A stretch of 63,929 nucleotides of DNA, filler included, from Rhabdomonas costata (lineage: Eukaryota): the NCBI GenBank assembly GCA_019059605.1. It is 29 parts of 29 records of this genome, joined end to end, with 100 filler letters (N's around TTAATTAATTAA, not from the genome) between each part and the next. Parts side by side here need not be neighbours in the genome. Positions count along the whole stretch, not along the records: positions 26,490 to 28,594 come from JAHMHO010005610.1; positions 28,695 to 30,799 come from JAHMHO010005611.1; positions 30,900 to 33,004 come from JAHMHO010005612.1; positions 33,105 to 35,209 come from JAHMHO010005613.1; positions 35,310 to 37,413 come from JAHMHO010005614.1; 24 more parts are not named here. The stretch is one strand, 5' to 3'. Every line of letters starts with the position of its first letter. The first letter of the stretch is position 1. Below, piece by piece: positions 26,506 through 37,513 of this stretch. A program made the translations under genes and the position numbers. The notes under the pieces are model-generated. The model worked only from the letters and a program-made list of their open reading frames with translations, was not told the DNA's origin and did not search any database.

Positions 26506-28551
26506 CTTGAGCACCCCATTGTTGGCGTACAGCAGATTGGAGGTCTTCAGGTCCCTGGTGCAAAGAGAAGAGAACAGAAAACCAGCAGCTTGCTGCTTTC
26601 CCTTGTTGTTTTTAGCGCAATAACTCAGAGGGCCATGAAAAGCCGGCAGAATGCAGCTACAGTGGAGTGGAAACCGGGCAAGAAAGGGATTGCATGCAAG
26701 GTCTAGGAAGAGTTTTCTGCGCACAAGGCAGCTGACGCAAGACAAGAAAGGGGGAGAAAGGAAGAGAAGCGGGAGAAGAAGAGGGGAGCAGAGATAACAT
26801 CCATTGTATGTTATATGGACGGACAGAAGGCTTGGCCTCGCAAGGTGCATAGACTGCCTTCCCGCTTGCCATTTCAGAAGCACGGTACCTCTTAAGTATG
26901 ACACGGAGCCTGACCACACGCATTGCTTCCGCAATTTGAGTGCCAGATGGTCGTGCGGCCATTTTAGGTTCAGTTGCAAGGGGCTGACCAAGCGAAAAAA
27001 GGAATAACCCCTCTCCCCGCTCCCCTAACATCTCCCAAAGCAGCAGGCCTGTGGATGACCCAGTTGTCGTGCATGTAGTTGCATGCTGCCAGCAACTGCA
27101 CCAGAAGGCACTTGATCTCGGCCTGGGAGAACCGCGCCTTCATGGTCTCCATGAGGTACTTCAGGTCGTGCTCGACGTACTCCATCACCAGAAAAATGCT
27201 GGAAACACAAACGGCATGCCTAGGGAGAAAGAGGAAGACCACGGCAGGCCAGCACTCCCTGATACTCTGTTGCTGCTCTTCACTGAAAAAGACATCAGCA
27301 ATAGAAAAAGGCAACCAAGACATCGTGACCCTAAGAAGTTCATCGCTCCCTAACTCACTGCAAAACACAAACTTCAGAGCGGGCCGGACAAGTACAGGGG
27401 TGCCATGTAAACGTACCGTATGCAAGGGGGTGCAAGGGTACAAAGGGGTAGATGGGGCAAAGCGCAGCTTGCAGCTCAGTGGCCCAAGTTCCCAGTCCAC
27501 GGAAACACACACTTGTCTGCCTTGGTCCCCACCACAACCTCCTCCACGTTGACCACGTTGGGGTGCTGGAGAGTAAGCAGCACATTGATCTCCCTAAGGG
27601 CTGTCAAGGGAAACCCTATGAAAAATTGGGAACGGAAAGAAAAGGATGACGAAGGCTGGCAATTACACAAAAATCAATCATTTGGTTCCAACCGCGCGTT
27701 TTGCACTAGCGTTTGGTCTCGAGGGAAGGTGCAGGCATTCCATATGTGGTGTCAAAACCTCCGCCTATGAGATTCTTTTGAGATGCGTCCATTCATTTTC
27801 ATCGTAGGACACAGCGCAAATGTTTTTTTAACGAGACAAGTGCGGAAGAGTCTCCCTCTTTCAAATGGGTTATCCACGTCCGGGTCCCAAGAGGTCTTGG
27901 AGAATTCTACTTAACCCGCAGGCTCTTCTGCCTCCTCTCTCTCCCTCCCTTCTTCTAAGCTTAAGGGAGGCGGGGAGAGCTGCACAAACCTTCCTTCTCC
28001 CGCTCCATCTTGACCTGCTTCAGGGCATTGATCTTTGTCCGGCCATTGCGCAGAGTTTGCTGTGCTCTCCCTGTTTTTTGCAGGATGGGATGGGACGAGG
28101 CTCAACCTGTGGCAGATAGAACCCACAACCGAGTGCGTTCACTTGGAGGATTTCGAGTTCTATAAAGAGAGTGAGAGACAGCTGAAAAATAGTGAATGCA
28201 GTAGTGGTGGGCGATTGTGCGCGCCTGTCTACGATGGTGTTTGTACTATATGAACACCAACCTTTTCAAGAATCTTCGATCTCCTCGATCCCTCCATTAC
28301 ACCATATATGCCAATGCATTCGCCTTTACGTTCGGCAAAAGTGATCCCAGAATATCGCAGCATATCTTCCAATTCAAGGTCGGTGTATGTGGGGGATTTC
28401 ACGTCGAGACAGAAGGAAATCAAGAAGGGCAGGAGAAGGGGTGCCTCTGGCATACAAACTCTGCCGTAGGTGCCCTCATTGATCAGGTTCAGCTTCAGAA
28501 AGTTGTCCACACTGCGGCACCCGCGAATGTCATGGGCGGCTCTGCGGTGCC
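26506..28551 (-). CDS. CDK11: Cyclin-dependent kinase, CDK11/CDK10 (PITSLRE-like), 5 exons
   Basis: Exons 28551-28456, 28070-27990, 27615-27513, 27198-27049 and 26554-26506. Motifs GCRSVDNF, EGTYG, KMEREKEGFPLTALREIN, MEYVEHDLK and HRDLKTSNLL. The fourth intron is GC-AG. Confidence 0.95.
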
Positions 28552-29158
28552 CTGCAAACCAATCCCACAGCGAGCCAGAACGTACCCCCCCCACNNNNNN
28601 NNNNNNNNNNNNNNNNNNNNNNNNNNNNNNNNNNNNNNTTAATTAATTAANNNNNNNNNNNNNNNNNNNNNNNNNNNNNNNNNNNNNNNNNNNNGTTTGT
28701 GGGGAAAAGCTCGGCCGGCAGGTCACAAGGAGACAGGGTGCCATGACACCGGAACTGCCCTGCCCTGGACTTGCCGTTTCTGCGATGCAGCGAAATCCGA
28801 ACGAAAATGGGCTATTACTTCAGGAAAGAAAAGAGAAGCAAGAAGAGTGCAGGGGGGGTGGGCGGAGGCTGCACCCTTTCAAGGTTGGGCTTCTGCCAAG
28901 CCTTAGCGTCGAGAAAGAATCGATGGTGATTCCTCAGAGTTTAGGGCATTTACATTTCGCGCGTCGTTGTCCACTTAACCTGCCTCACTTTGAAACCACT
29001 TAGGGTTCCTCTAATAAAGCTACCTACGCTCTAAGACTGCGGATTGAATCAGGCAAGATGTCATTAGTCCGTTCTTTTCTAAGAGAAGAATGTCTCGTAG
29101 ACCTCCTGCGTGTGCGGTATCCGCTTTAGGTTTTGGGTTTTAGTATTTGGTTTGCCAG

Positions 29159-30148
29159 CTATGCCGACTTGTGCGAGCGTCAGCTTCAGTTGCGGAAGCG
29201 GATATATGGCCAAGGATCCGGGCACGTCCTGCGCAGCCTCAAGCTGCGTTACATCAGACTGTTGCACAGGTGCGGTGGGATGCGTGAATGGAGTGGAGGT
29301 ATGAGTGTGCCGCAGAAGAAGACAGTGAAGGATCACACTCCCATGCGCATTCTCGGGATTTCCGCTCGACGCTTTACAAGAGGTGTGATCCTGAGAATGT
29401 TACGATGTGTGTGTGCTCTCTACTTTCACAAGCCCTCCTTTCACATTCTCCAGGACTCGATGATAGTCAAGGAACGAGGCTTGTATGCGTTTGCGCGTGG
29501 ATGAGGATACATCTATAGAGATGGCCGTGAATGGTTGGCTGCCACTGAACTGGATGCACAGGAAAGACTGGCACTGGGGTATTCACTGGGTTTTGTTTTA
29601 TCTCTGTTTGCGTACGCATGTATCTGGGTGTGTGTTCAGCCAACCCGACATGCAGCAGCTACACCTGCCCCGCTGTGTATGCCGCGGTCTCCTCCTCCAC
29701 TGTGTGCTCCTCGGATACATGTGTGCAAACGGATTGCTGCAGAGGTGAGCGCGCCGCGTTACATCTCCCAAAATACCCCCCTCTTCACACAGCATCCACG
29801 TATCGAAGACTTGTCGTGTGTGCCACCTCTCCTTTGGCGTGATGCAATTTGAGCATCGAAAAAGACGTTTATCCCTAGCCCTATGCAAAGCGGCACGAAG
29901 AGGGAACAAAGTGTATGCTGCTTTCACCCCGTCCACCACTGTGGCTCTGATGAAACGTTGTCGTTTGCCGTAACCCCGCACCCAGGCTGCCACCTCTGAC
30001 CGGCCATGCGAGTTCCGTTTTTTGGTACCACCGTTTTTGAAACGTGTTGCCGCCTCGATGAGCAGTCCCCACCATCCCCTCCTCGGTTGTTGTTGCAGGC
30101 GAGATTACCTACCAGGCTGATGGAGTTGTCTCCGTGGTGATTGGCGCG
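29159..30148 (+). CDS. Cysteine-rich repeat (surface/extracellular-type) protein, 3 exons
   Basis: Exons 29159-29269 and 29640-29744 each encode one six-Cys repeat (PTC..C..C..C...DCC) flanked by phase-1 GT-AG introns. Exon 30099-30148 (GEITYQADGVVSVVIGA) follows in frame. Confidence 0.8.
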
Positions 30149-32771
30149 GTACGCTGGCGTGGCTCCGTGCGGGCTAAGGTGGAAGGTTTCGCTACATTTC
30201 TCCTATAAACTTATGGCAGGACGATTTTGCGGAGCAGTTGCGTGCAGCTTTATACATGGGTCCCATGGTGGAGGATTGTGAGGATAGTGTTAGCTAACAG
30301 ACAATTTCTGGATGAGGCACGTGTCCTCTAGAACCACAGTACAAGATTTGCGGAGGTTTCAATGCCATTGGCTTTTCAAAGAGTGTGTGACGTGTTCCAC
30401 AGGACTGCGCCACGATCACCCCGCTGCAGTTAGGCAAAATATTGCGAAAGCTGCGGCACTTCCCCTTGAGGTCCGTTAAAGGACGACCTTTCTCTCTCTC
30501 TCTCTCTCCGAAACACACACTCAGCGCTCTAGTCTCCTCAGAAACAAAACAAAGGAATAGAAAAAGCAGAATCTTCAAGTGCGCTGCTGTTGCGTGAGGG
30601 CGTCCCGTCTTTGGTTGTCGGTCCTTGCGACCTACGAAGATATAAGACCCGTGAGAAGCATAAGATACGCGTCCCTCCAAGACACCAGTTGTTGTGTCCA
30701 GCCACACCAACAAACACACAGCTTCCCCCCGTCCCGCGTTCTGACAGCATTCCGATCAAAGCCAGGAAAGAAAGCCTAGTATATAGATGACCCAAACCCN
30801 NNNNNNNNNNNNNNNNNNNNNNNNNNNNNNNNNNNNNNNNNNNTTAATTAATTAANNNNNNNNNNNNNNNNNNNNNNNNNNNNNNNNNNNNNNNNNNNNG
30901 GGGTTGGGTTGGCGCTGATCGAATGGGACTCGCTGCTTCAGCACGCATTATGCATGATTTATTTTGTTACTCTGCCAGGCTCTGCACTCTTTGCGCACTG
31001 CTTCTCAAACAAACCACGCATATACTCATCAAACTCCTCGTAATCAGCTTTATCGTCCACATCAGCGTCATGGTGGGCGTTAACAGTCCAGTTCGAAACT
31101 TCTTTCAGCAGCTTCTTGTTTCTTCTCTGTGATTGCCTTTCCAAAGCGCGCTTGTCACACCATTACATATATCATTGCACGTCTTTTAAACTTACATTGT
31201 TGAGCCTCAGCTCTGCTGAACCTTTCCAACTTTAACGCATTCGACCTAAACTTGAGCACACTTAACATCACCACCCCGCTGATATCCTGGCGTTTCAGTG
31301 ATTCTCTTATTTCTCTCAAAAATACGAAACAACTGCTCTTGAAAATGTGATAACTAACTGTCCTGAGCCGTTGCAATTTTCTTCCAAAACGTCAATAAAG
31401 GTCCAGCTACTTATACTGCTTGAGCAACCGTGGTGGCAAAAATCCAATCCTTTTTGAAACAACATAATAACAATCTGCATACGCTGCAACAAAGTGCAAC
31501 TCCCTCTACTAATTCAGTTCAATTGCTGAGGCTCCGTAGTAATTTCTTTCCCACAACCCATGAAACATAATGACTTCAACAGCCAATGCACCATAGAGAT
31601 AATAGTAATAGAGCAGCACTGTGCAAAAACGACAACATGTTTGAAAACATTCCATTCAATACTACAATGTAAAATGTTCTGCTTCAGAAACGGCGTTTTT
31701 AAGTTGAAAAGCAAGGAGCGTGTTTGCAAGTTGTCGGAAACTACACAAGCACAAAAAAGCGTAGCACTCTGATAACACTTTGTTTTTGTTGGGTATCGTG
31801 TCAGAGAAATGCTTCCGTGCAATGAAAAACCGTAGTGAGTTTTACATGCAAAGCAAATTGCATTCTATAAAGTCAATGTTGTGTATGCATATTTGTTGTT
31901 CGTTAACTGGAATTGTGATTTTTTAGCGTGCTGTGGTTATTTTATTGGATGAAAAACTTCGGTGGTCGATGTGATGACTAGGAGTGTTTTGGGAACAAGG
32001 GTTATTGGTTTTTTCAAGTCAATTCCGGAGACCACCTGCATGTGGTATGTGCGATTATCTTTGGAGAGCATCTGTACTGTTTAAGGGCTGTATACGTTGG
32101 TTGCATGATCACATTCTAAGACCTGCATTTATCTGGAAATGCGTACACATATGCGGAGATTACATCATGGCTGTTTAATTTTGTGTGCAAGAAGCTTTTA
32201 AAAACGTTGGTTTTAACCACTTTTTGTCAACTCAATTGATCTCATGAAATTAGTGTCTTAAGACCCAGTACACACAGGAAAAATGGCAGCATTTGTGCTA
32301 GTCAAATGCACGCAACAGTGGTGAATTTAATCAAAAAGTGAAGTCACCAGCAGTGGTTTCTTCTGAGCATCAGGTATCTAACTGGTTTCATGTACATCAC
32401 CAAAAAATCTCAACACGGCACAACGATTCATCATACACCAGCTGTGATTAACTACAAGCTTAGTCAAGAACAACTTCTGAGCTTGGGGAAGTGTATCCAA
32501 GCTCATGAATTTTTTCAATTGGATCCTGTAAACGTGAGTACAAAATACAAAATCAATATAGTTTTCTGATGTAACTATATGGTGCGCATGGTCGCTGGAC
32601 CACTTTTCCGGAAGTGTACGTTGTGCCACGGATTACCGTGAAAATTACCGTTATTCACATTTTAATTTGATGGTATTGTGTGCGCAAAATTGTAAAATTA
32701 CCCGCTGAACACTACACAAATTAAAACGAGCAAATGTGGAATGCTACTTTTGATGTGTTTTATGTTGATGC

Positions 32772-32998
32772 TGGGTCATGTCAGAAAGAGATCAAACAAA
32801 TAAAGAAGGTTGCTTTAGTCATGGTTTTAATTTGGTGTGTGAGTGCGTGTAATAACAAAACAAAGTATTCATATACCTTTGTCATCATGGCAGTGGCACT
32901 GCGGCCAACTGTCTTCCACTCTGCCACACGCACACCAAATTAAAACCATGACTAAAGCAACCTTCTTTATTTGTTTGATCTTTTTCTGACATGACCCA
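32772..32998. repeat. 68-bp inverted repeat with 91-nt spacer
   Basis: 32772-32839 is the reverse complement of 32931-32998 with one mismatch. The right arm runs to the contig end. Confidence 0.95.
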
Positions 32999-35693
32999 CC
33001 ACAANNNNNNNNNNNNNNNNNNNNNNNNNNNNNNNNNNNNNNNNNNNNTTAATTAATTAANNNNNNNNNNNNNNNNNNNNNNNNNNNNNNNNNNNNNNNN
33101 NNNNAACACCAATGGTGGCAATAAAGTAAGCAATGATGGTGTACGCTGTGACCATTCATGAGTCATCCATATGTGCCTTGTGCACCTTGCCTTATGCACC
33201 AGAATGTCCGCCACGACATTAAAATTTTCTGTGATGTTAGCAATTGAGATGTCATACTGCAATTAATCCATTGGATTTGATTCTGACTTTTCTTGGGCAT
33301 TGCCTAAATGTGCTTCAAACAAGTGTTATCCGTGTAGACGTCTGCCTACGCTACACACAGGTAATGACTCCACTTTTTGGTCGCATTCACCGTTTCTAGC
33401 AGCTATTTGTTTTGCACGGCGTAGTTCTACTCATGATTGTTGAGCTTGCGTGTGGTACAGGTGATTATTTATAGCTAAGCTTGGTCGTCCGTATGACACA
33501 TGATTGCACCTGTGCAAGTGCCTGAGGTATCTGTCTACAGGGCAAACGTGTTGCTGAGGTTACGATGAACAAAAACTACAAATTTTAGCATGTGATATTT
33601 CATGTAGTCAAAAGCCTTCTTTTCAATTGTTTAAGAGGTTAGTTATTTGGGCCGATAAAGTGACAAACTGCAAAAATAACTGGCTGTATAATCTGCAGAG
33701 GCCGAATTGGCTCCGAACTTGTTTAAATGAGCATGGAGTCGGACATGCATTAATGGTATGACGCTTTTGCGTAACATGGCTTACAAAATTGCGCACTACA
33801 ACGAACCATACGAGCTCAATATTTGGTTGGTAGAATGAGCATCTTTGAGCTTGTCAAACAATTTGTATTTACGCATCGCTACATAAATCGGCGAATGTTT
33901 TGCATATGCTCTTCGAACGTTTCACTAAAAATCACAATTTCATCCGGATACACATACAGAAATTTGGTAATGTCTTGAAAATACTTATTTATAGTCCGAT
34001 GAAAAGCTACGGTGGCATTAGTTTGCCATTTGAACAATCAGAACTTGGTATGGAATGCATAGTCCATAGGGATGTTATGGAACCGTGACGCTTGTTAAAT
34101 CCACTTTATTGAAGTAGCTGGCGTTGGAGAGTCAATCCATTATCATGTGATAGATTTCAACACAGTGGTTGCAAACACACCTCTTGGGAAGTCGGTTCGT
34201 CCCACTCTGGGTCAGATTTACTGCGGCTCCATCTCTGGCTCCAATGGAGTTTACTCAGAATGTTGGAATTCTCCTGGGCTAAAAATACCAAGTCCTGTAC
34301 TTCTGATTGGGGCTCTGCAATTGAATCAACAGGTATGGCACTGAAATTTGCAACCAATTCACTGAGTGAGTGTCAACAAAAGTGGGGTTGGAGGTAGAAT
34401 TATCCAATAAGGCTCCACTTATTCCGAGCCGTCGCTTGCTCAAATATTCCTTGGACCAGATACACCATTCCTCGGTGGTGGAAAGCAGCTATGATACCAC
34501 TAAACTCAATCAAAGATTGGATGACCAAAATACACAGTACACGCAAGATAAGGTGCCTTGAAGAGAAATTCACCCACATGTACAGGAACAAAAACAAAGT
34601 GCAAACGTATCAACGTGGATCCATTCGGCCGGTACTTTCGGTCTGTGGTAGTGGTCGTTCCAGTTGAATAACAAAAGTTCAGTTGATGATGTATTTGGAG
34701 GCTCCTGAGTCCAGTAGTGCCGTTGCTGGTTGTACTTCAAGCAGATTCGGCACGCAAAAAACACAGTGAGGTGTTTACATGTGATCACGTGATTCACAAG
34801 TGAACAAGCACTGTAGCTCTTCGCTACCAGCGTCCTGCGTGTTGTACTTTGGGTGTGGTGTCGGATCCAAGATGGGTCACTTTTATACTGTGATTTGCCG
34901 GTGATTTGAAAACTTTCAAATTGGTTGACAAGTGCCTGTAAGAGTAGGTAAATCATTGGAAGTGATGGTTCTTTCCACGATTGCGGAATGAAACCGTGCT
35001 AACGTTCCAGTCAACTAAAACTCGAAAGAAGCCTACAATTTGGTAACCAAATATGCCATTGTGCTCGCACTCAGAAACTAGTAATGGAGCTTTGAATCAC
35101 ATGTCGATGAATTTAACAATAAAGTAAACATAGTGAGTGTTATTGACCCAACAAATATGCTAAAACTCAAATGTAGAGTCTTTGCAGTGGAATCTGTATG
35201 TGCCAAAATNNNNNNNNNNNNNNNNNNNNNNNNNNNNNNNNNNNNNNNNNNNNTTAATTAATTAANNNNNNNNNNNNNNNNNNNNNNNNNNNNNNNNNNN
35301 NNNNNNNNNTGTGTTGTTTCATTCCTCCACGGTGCATCCCTCAGATGCATGGACTGGTTGAGTGGAGCGTGGCAAGGAGAGTGATCTGGATAATATCTTC
35401 GCGGCTGTGCGGTGGTCCGATTCGCAATGTCGCAATGTGCACTAACAAAGACCCATGCCACGGCAAAGGGAACAGTTCATGCATCCTGTCGGCCTGACAC
35501 AGTGATCGCAAAACAAAGAGAGATGGCAGCGTAGCGAACGCATCGGTTGGCATGGGTACAGTGTTTTTCTGAGGGCAACCTATGCGGTCAGCGCCGTCTT
35601 GGAGCAACCCTCCTACCTGCCTACAGCACAAGTTTGCCTGCAGCCCTGTGCGACAGGAGAGCGTGAGCCAAGACCACAAAAAGATAGACATGC

Positions 35694-37298
35694 TTCTGAG
35701 GGACCAGCCGGAAGGTCAATCTGGACTCCATCCCGCTGGACAAGTGCCTTCGCACCCATAACGTACTGGTTCCCTGGACCGAAGATCTTGTACACTCGGG
35801 GCACGGTTTGTGTTCCTGTTCAGAGTGAACCAAAAAAGCAGAAGGTACGGTGAAGAAAGATAAGAACCAATACAACACCAACCCAGAACTGTCGAGCTTT
35901 CAAAAGGCAGTGTGATGGATCAATGTGGGAAACAGCATAGGACAAATATAGAAACGTACGCAGCCAAAGATGGCATCTTCGCGCCTAAAAAACAAATTTT
36001 ACCGTGACTCAAAAAAGGCATTCACCTTCCAAATGGAGAATGCATTACCCCCCTGCTGCTCCATCTGGCAACTCCCAATAGCTGGCAGTGCCATATACTC
36101 CACCGTATCGCCTCGGAAGGGCACTCCTCCCCTTGGGTCTTCTTGGGAACACGCATACCGTATGCCATCGCGGCGATGGCCTGCACCCCACCCACCTTGA
36201 ACACCCGGGTCACCCCCACCAGCTTGGCGGCGAACAAGATGGCGGGGTGGAGTTTCCCGGCGCTGTCCGGTGGCGAGCACAGCACGACCTCCTGGCATCC
36301 CGCCAGGGCCGCAGGCACGCCCAGCATCAGCACCGTGGAGAACAGCGGGGCGGTGCCCCCGGGGATGTACAACCCCACCCGCTCGATGCCCACGCTACGC
36401 CGCCAGCACCGCACCCCAGGCGTGGTCTCCACCTCAAGCACTCCTTGCGTGCGCGGGCTGCGGGGGACAGGCGGTCGTGAGGACAGGGACAGGAGGACCC
36501 ACTTGCTGGGTACGCAACAGTAAACTTGGCGTGTCCGACGTCAAAAAGACATAAGCAACAAAGTTACATCTCCAAACTAGTCCAAGATTGCTCCAAATAA
36601 AAATGGGTTTCCACATACATATAAGACCCATTTTCATTCCAACTGGCGGGACACAGCTGAAAAACATGGGTTCTGGGTGAATGGTGTAACCTTAAATACT
36701 ACTGCGTTTCGTTGATGCTGTATGAACAATGAGCACACAAGTTGTGGGAACTACTGGAGAACTCGTGCGTCCATATAGGAGGACGCAGCATCAGCATCAA
36801 GGGTTTGGGTGCCTGCAGTGGCCAGTTGGCAACCAATCCAAGCTGCGTGGACACCGCTGCTCTGTTTATAATGTAAGCCCGCACCTTCAATATAATGTGA
36901 AAGTCTAATGTGTACGGTTTTGCAGTCTTATGTGTAGGGGGGGGGGCTGATAAAGGGGTCTCGCTTTCCATGCCCCGCGCCGGTGCCCCCCTTCCCGCCA
37001 GCTGAGCCTGGGCGGCGTGAAACTTCCGGATGTTCTCGTGGGCCGCCACAATAGCCCGGCGAAGACTCAGAGGCAGTGCCCCCTCCGCCGCTGCCAGCTC
37101 CTCCGCACTGACCTCGAAGGTGGGCAGGTCCGCCTTGTCAAACCGCAGGGTGTACCGCCGAACTGCGGCGTCTCCCTCGGCACGCACTTCGCGCAGCACA
37201 GGCTCCACCACAGAGTCCAGAATGCGGGAGTCCATCGCAGGGCGAGCCAGCAGCTCAGGCCATTCGCTCGGCGGAGGAAACAAGTGAACCGTAGTCAT
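35694..37298 (-). CDS. hisD: Histidinol dehydrogenase (monofunctional, bacterial type), first 3 exons
   Basis: Exons 37298-~37008, ~36462-36159 and 35815-35694. Motifs [61 protein letters not shown] and IDLPAGPSE. Confidence 0.97.
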
Positions 37299-37513
37299 TC
37301 GATTACGATTTCAAATCTACTATCAACCAAAGGTTGCTGTGCAATGCGAAACACGAAAGAGGGCCTTGCTCGAAAATAGCACCCAAAGCCCATTTGAAAG
37401 TTACCAAAACCCCNNNNNNNNNNNNNNNNNNNNNNNNNNNNNNNNNNNNNNNNNNNNTTAATTAATTAANNNNNNNNNNNNNNNNNNNNNNNNNNNNNNN
37501 NNNNNNNNNNNNN

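Noticed and set aside
29940-29975. Hammerhead ribozyme core (CTGATGA plus stem); also 17309
   Set aside because: Here the stem is not followed by GAAA. At 17309 GAAA is present but stem II cannot form.
33105-35209. AT-rich contig with short ORFs, possibly a viral or TE relic
   Set aside because: I could not assign any motif, so I left it unannotated.
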